From Pseudomonadota bacterium (GTDB lineage: Bacteria > Myxococcota_A > Bradymonadia > UBA4248), in NCBI GenBank assembly GCA_017464085.1, contig JAFUEE010000197.1, positions 8,711-72,710 of the forward strand: a DNA stretch of 64,000 nt, given 5' to 3'. Of this stretch, positions 62,993 through 64,000 are shown one piece after another. A model generated the notes under the pieces. The model had not been told where the DNA came from. It did not search any database and saw only the letters and a program-made list of their open reading frames with translations. Every line of letters starts with the position of its first letter. Within the stretch, counting starts at the first letter, position 1. Position numbers and translations under genes: made by a program.

Positions 62993-63154
62993 GCGCGTCG
63001 TATGCGCAGCATAGGCGCGCCAAATATAAACGCGGCGTATCGCAGATAGCCGCGTTCCCCGATGCAGAGACGTTCTGTGGAACGTCTCTTTTGCGCGTCG
63101 TATGCGCAGCATAGGCGCGCCAGATATAAAGGCGGCGTATCGCAGATAGCCGCG
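62993..63154. repeat. 100-bp-period duplication of a 62-bp two-hairpin REP module, separated by a GAGACGTTC hairpin
   Basis: Copy 1 at 62993-63054 and copy 2 at 63093-63154 differ at two positions (63023/63123 and 63031/63131). agagacgttctgtggaacgtctct lies at 63066-63089. Confidence 0.9.
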
Positions 63155-63253
63155 CCCCACGAAATGGTGCGGGTCAAACATTAAAAATTTGCCAGAACGC
63201 ACAGTCGGCGTAAACACAGGTGCCTTTTATTGATCGCTTTCGTGTGATGTTAT

Positions 63254-64000
63254 ATGAAGCGCTGTGCGAGATATTTGCTTCCTGGTCTTTTCAGTTTAAT
63301 GATTGCGCCCGCCGCGAGCCTGGCGGAACCGGTGGCTTTTGCGACGGTCCAGTCGGAGGCTCCTGGCCTGGCTTTTCCAGATGAGCGCGTAGAAGATGCG
63401 CCAGTCATGAAGGGCGTGATGCCGGGAACGGGCGTTCGTGGCGGAGTCCGTCCGTCGGGGCGTGCGCCCAGCGTTGGCGCGGAGGATGTGCTTCCGGAGT
63501 GGCGTCATCGCTTTTGGGCGGATGCCGTGAGCCTCGCGAGACAGTGGGATGGGCAAGCGATACGAGCGTCATTGAGGTTGCTCAGCAAGGTCCATGAGCG
63601 TCGGATGCGCCTTGTCGCGCACAGGTTTGCGGATGTCGATGGCGATGGCGCGCTTGAGGCGGCCGTCATCTCGGAATACCGTCAGGGCGGGGAGGTGTTG
63701 CGCATCTTGAGCGTGTATGCGTTTGACGAGCAGGCTCGCCCGAAGCTTCGATACGAAAAAAAGCAGGCCGTCGGCGCGTCAGGGCAGTATGTTCAGACGC
63801 TTGAGCCGCGTGATCAGGGATTTGGGTATTGCGAGGACTGGGAAATCGCGTCCTGGCTGCTTCACGAGTGCCATGATATCGTGTTTGACCGTTCATGGCA
63901 GCCGTGGGTGAGTCGGCACGAGATACGGACGACGGACCCGCAGGCATCATCGATGCAGCGCAATGTATTTGATTTTCGTCATCGGAGGGCCTCGCGGAGC
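63254..64000 (+). CDS. Secreted protein of unknown function, 3'-truncated by the window edge (not in the supplied ORF track)
   Basis: I translated it manually. From ATG 63254 there are 249 sense codons with no stop up to base 64000. Signal-peptide-like MKRCARYLLPGLFSLMIAPAASLAEP. One FG-GAP-like FADVDGDGALE motif. Both antisense ORFs in the track (63296-63556 and 63666-63950) are shorter. Confidence 0.5.
   Translation, partial: MKRCARYLLPGLFSLMIAPAASLAEPVAFATVQSEAPGLAFPDERVEDAPVMKGVMPGTGVRGGVRPSGRAPSVGAEDVLPEWRHRFWADAVSLARQWDGQAIRASLRLLSKVHERRMRLVAHRFADVDGDGALEAAVISEYRQGGEVLRILSVYAFDEQARPKLRYEKKQAVGASGQYVQTLEPRDQGFGYCEDWEIASWLLHECHDIVFDRSWQPWVSRHEIRTTDPQASSMQRNVFDFRHRRASRS

Noticed and set aside
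1-64000. tRNA, rRNA, tmRNA, transposase, integrase, phage or plasmid genes
   Set aside because: I scanned the larger intergenic gaps by eye (5719-6023, 17403-17738, 23287-23558, 26796-27121, 29566-29948, 36078-36622, 40967-41605, 42296-42731, 61130-61299). I found no T-loop/cloverleaf pattern or mobile-element ORF. A covariance-model scan would still be needed to exclude small RNAs.

Overview
GC-rich bacterial chromosomal segment with tightly packed genes. No rRNA, tRNA, CRISPR array, transposase, integrase or phage gene was recognised. All product calls rest on motifs I recognised by eye in the supplied translations; no database search was run.

Gene content suggests a Myxococcota/Bradymonadia-like deltaproteobacterium, which is inference only. 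Supporting features are three eukaryotic-like Ser/Thr kinases, many lipoproteins, Cys-rich secreted proteins and a giant FG-GAP protein with a MYXO-CTERM-like tail.

Housekeeping genes recognised:
- hydF
- an RRM-type RNA-binding protein
- miaA
- tgt
- efp
- a MATE exporter
- an M23 peptidase
- recN
- a nucleoside-phosphorylase-family protein
- an EF-G paralogue
- tsaC
- a mannose-1-phosphate guanylyltransferase
- a UvrD/PcrA-family helicase

A four-gene secreted alpha-glucan utilisation locus sits at 42.7-51.4 kb: three GH13 lipoproteins plus a porin.

Most notable observations:
1. About 30 REP-like hairpins fill almost every intergenic gap. They share conserved GGC-G-TAT / ATA-GCC arms, a conserved one-base bulge and covarying inner stems.
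2. A MurC/Mpl-type ligase is fused to a class I/II aminotransferase.
3. A MEMO-AMMECR1 fusion carries a lipoprotein signal and has no radical-SAM partner nearby. Next to it lies a HesB/IscA-like protein that has lost its Cys ligands but gained a Cys/His/Gly-rich tail.
4. A membrane-anchored protein holds four tandem DsbA modules at an exact 633-bp period, the first lacking CxxC. An orphan PAAR protein follows it.
5. hydF is tightly coupled to a giant helical-repeat protein, with no other hydrogenase gene in view.

Several smaller repeat and regulatory oddities are also listed. Many long ORFs antisense to confident genes are treated as GC-driven artefacts.
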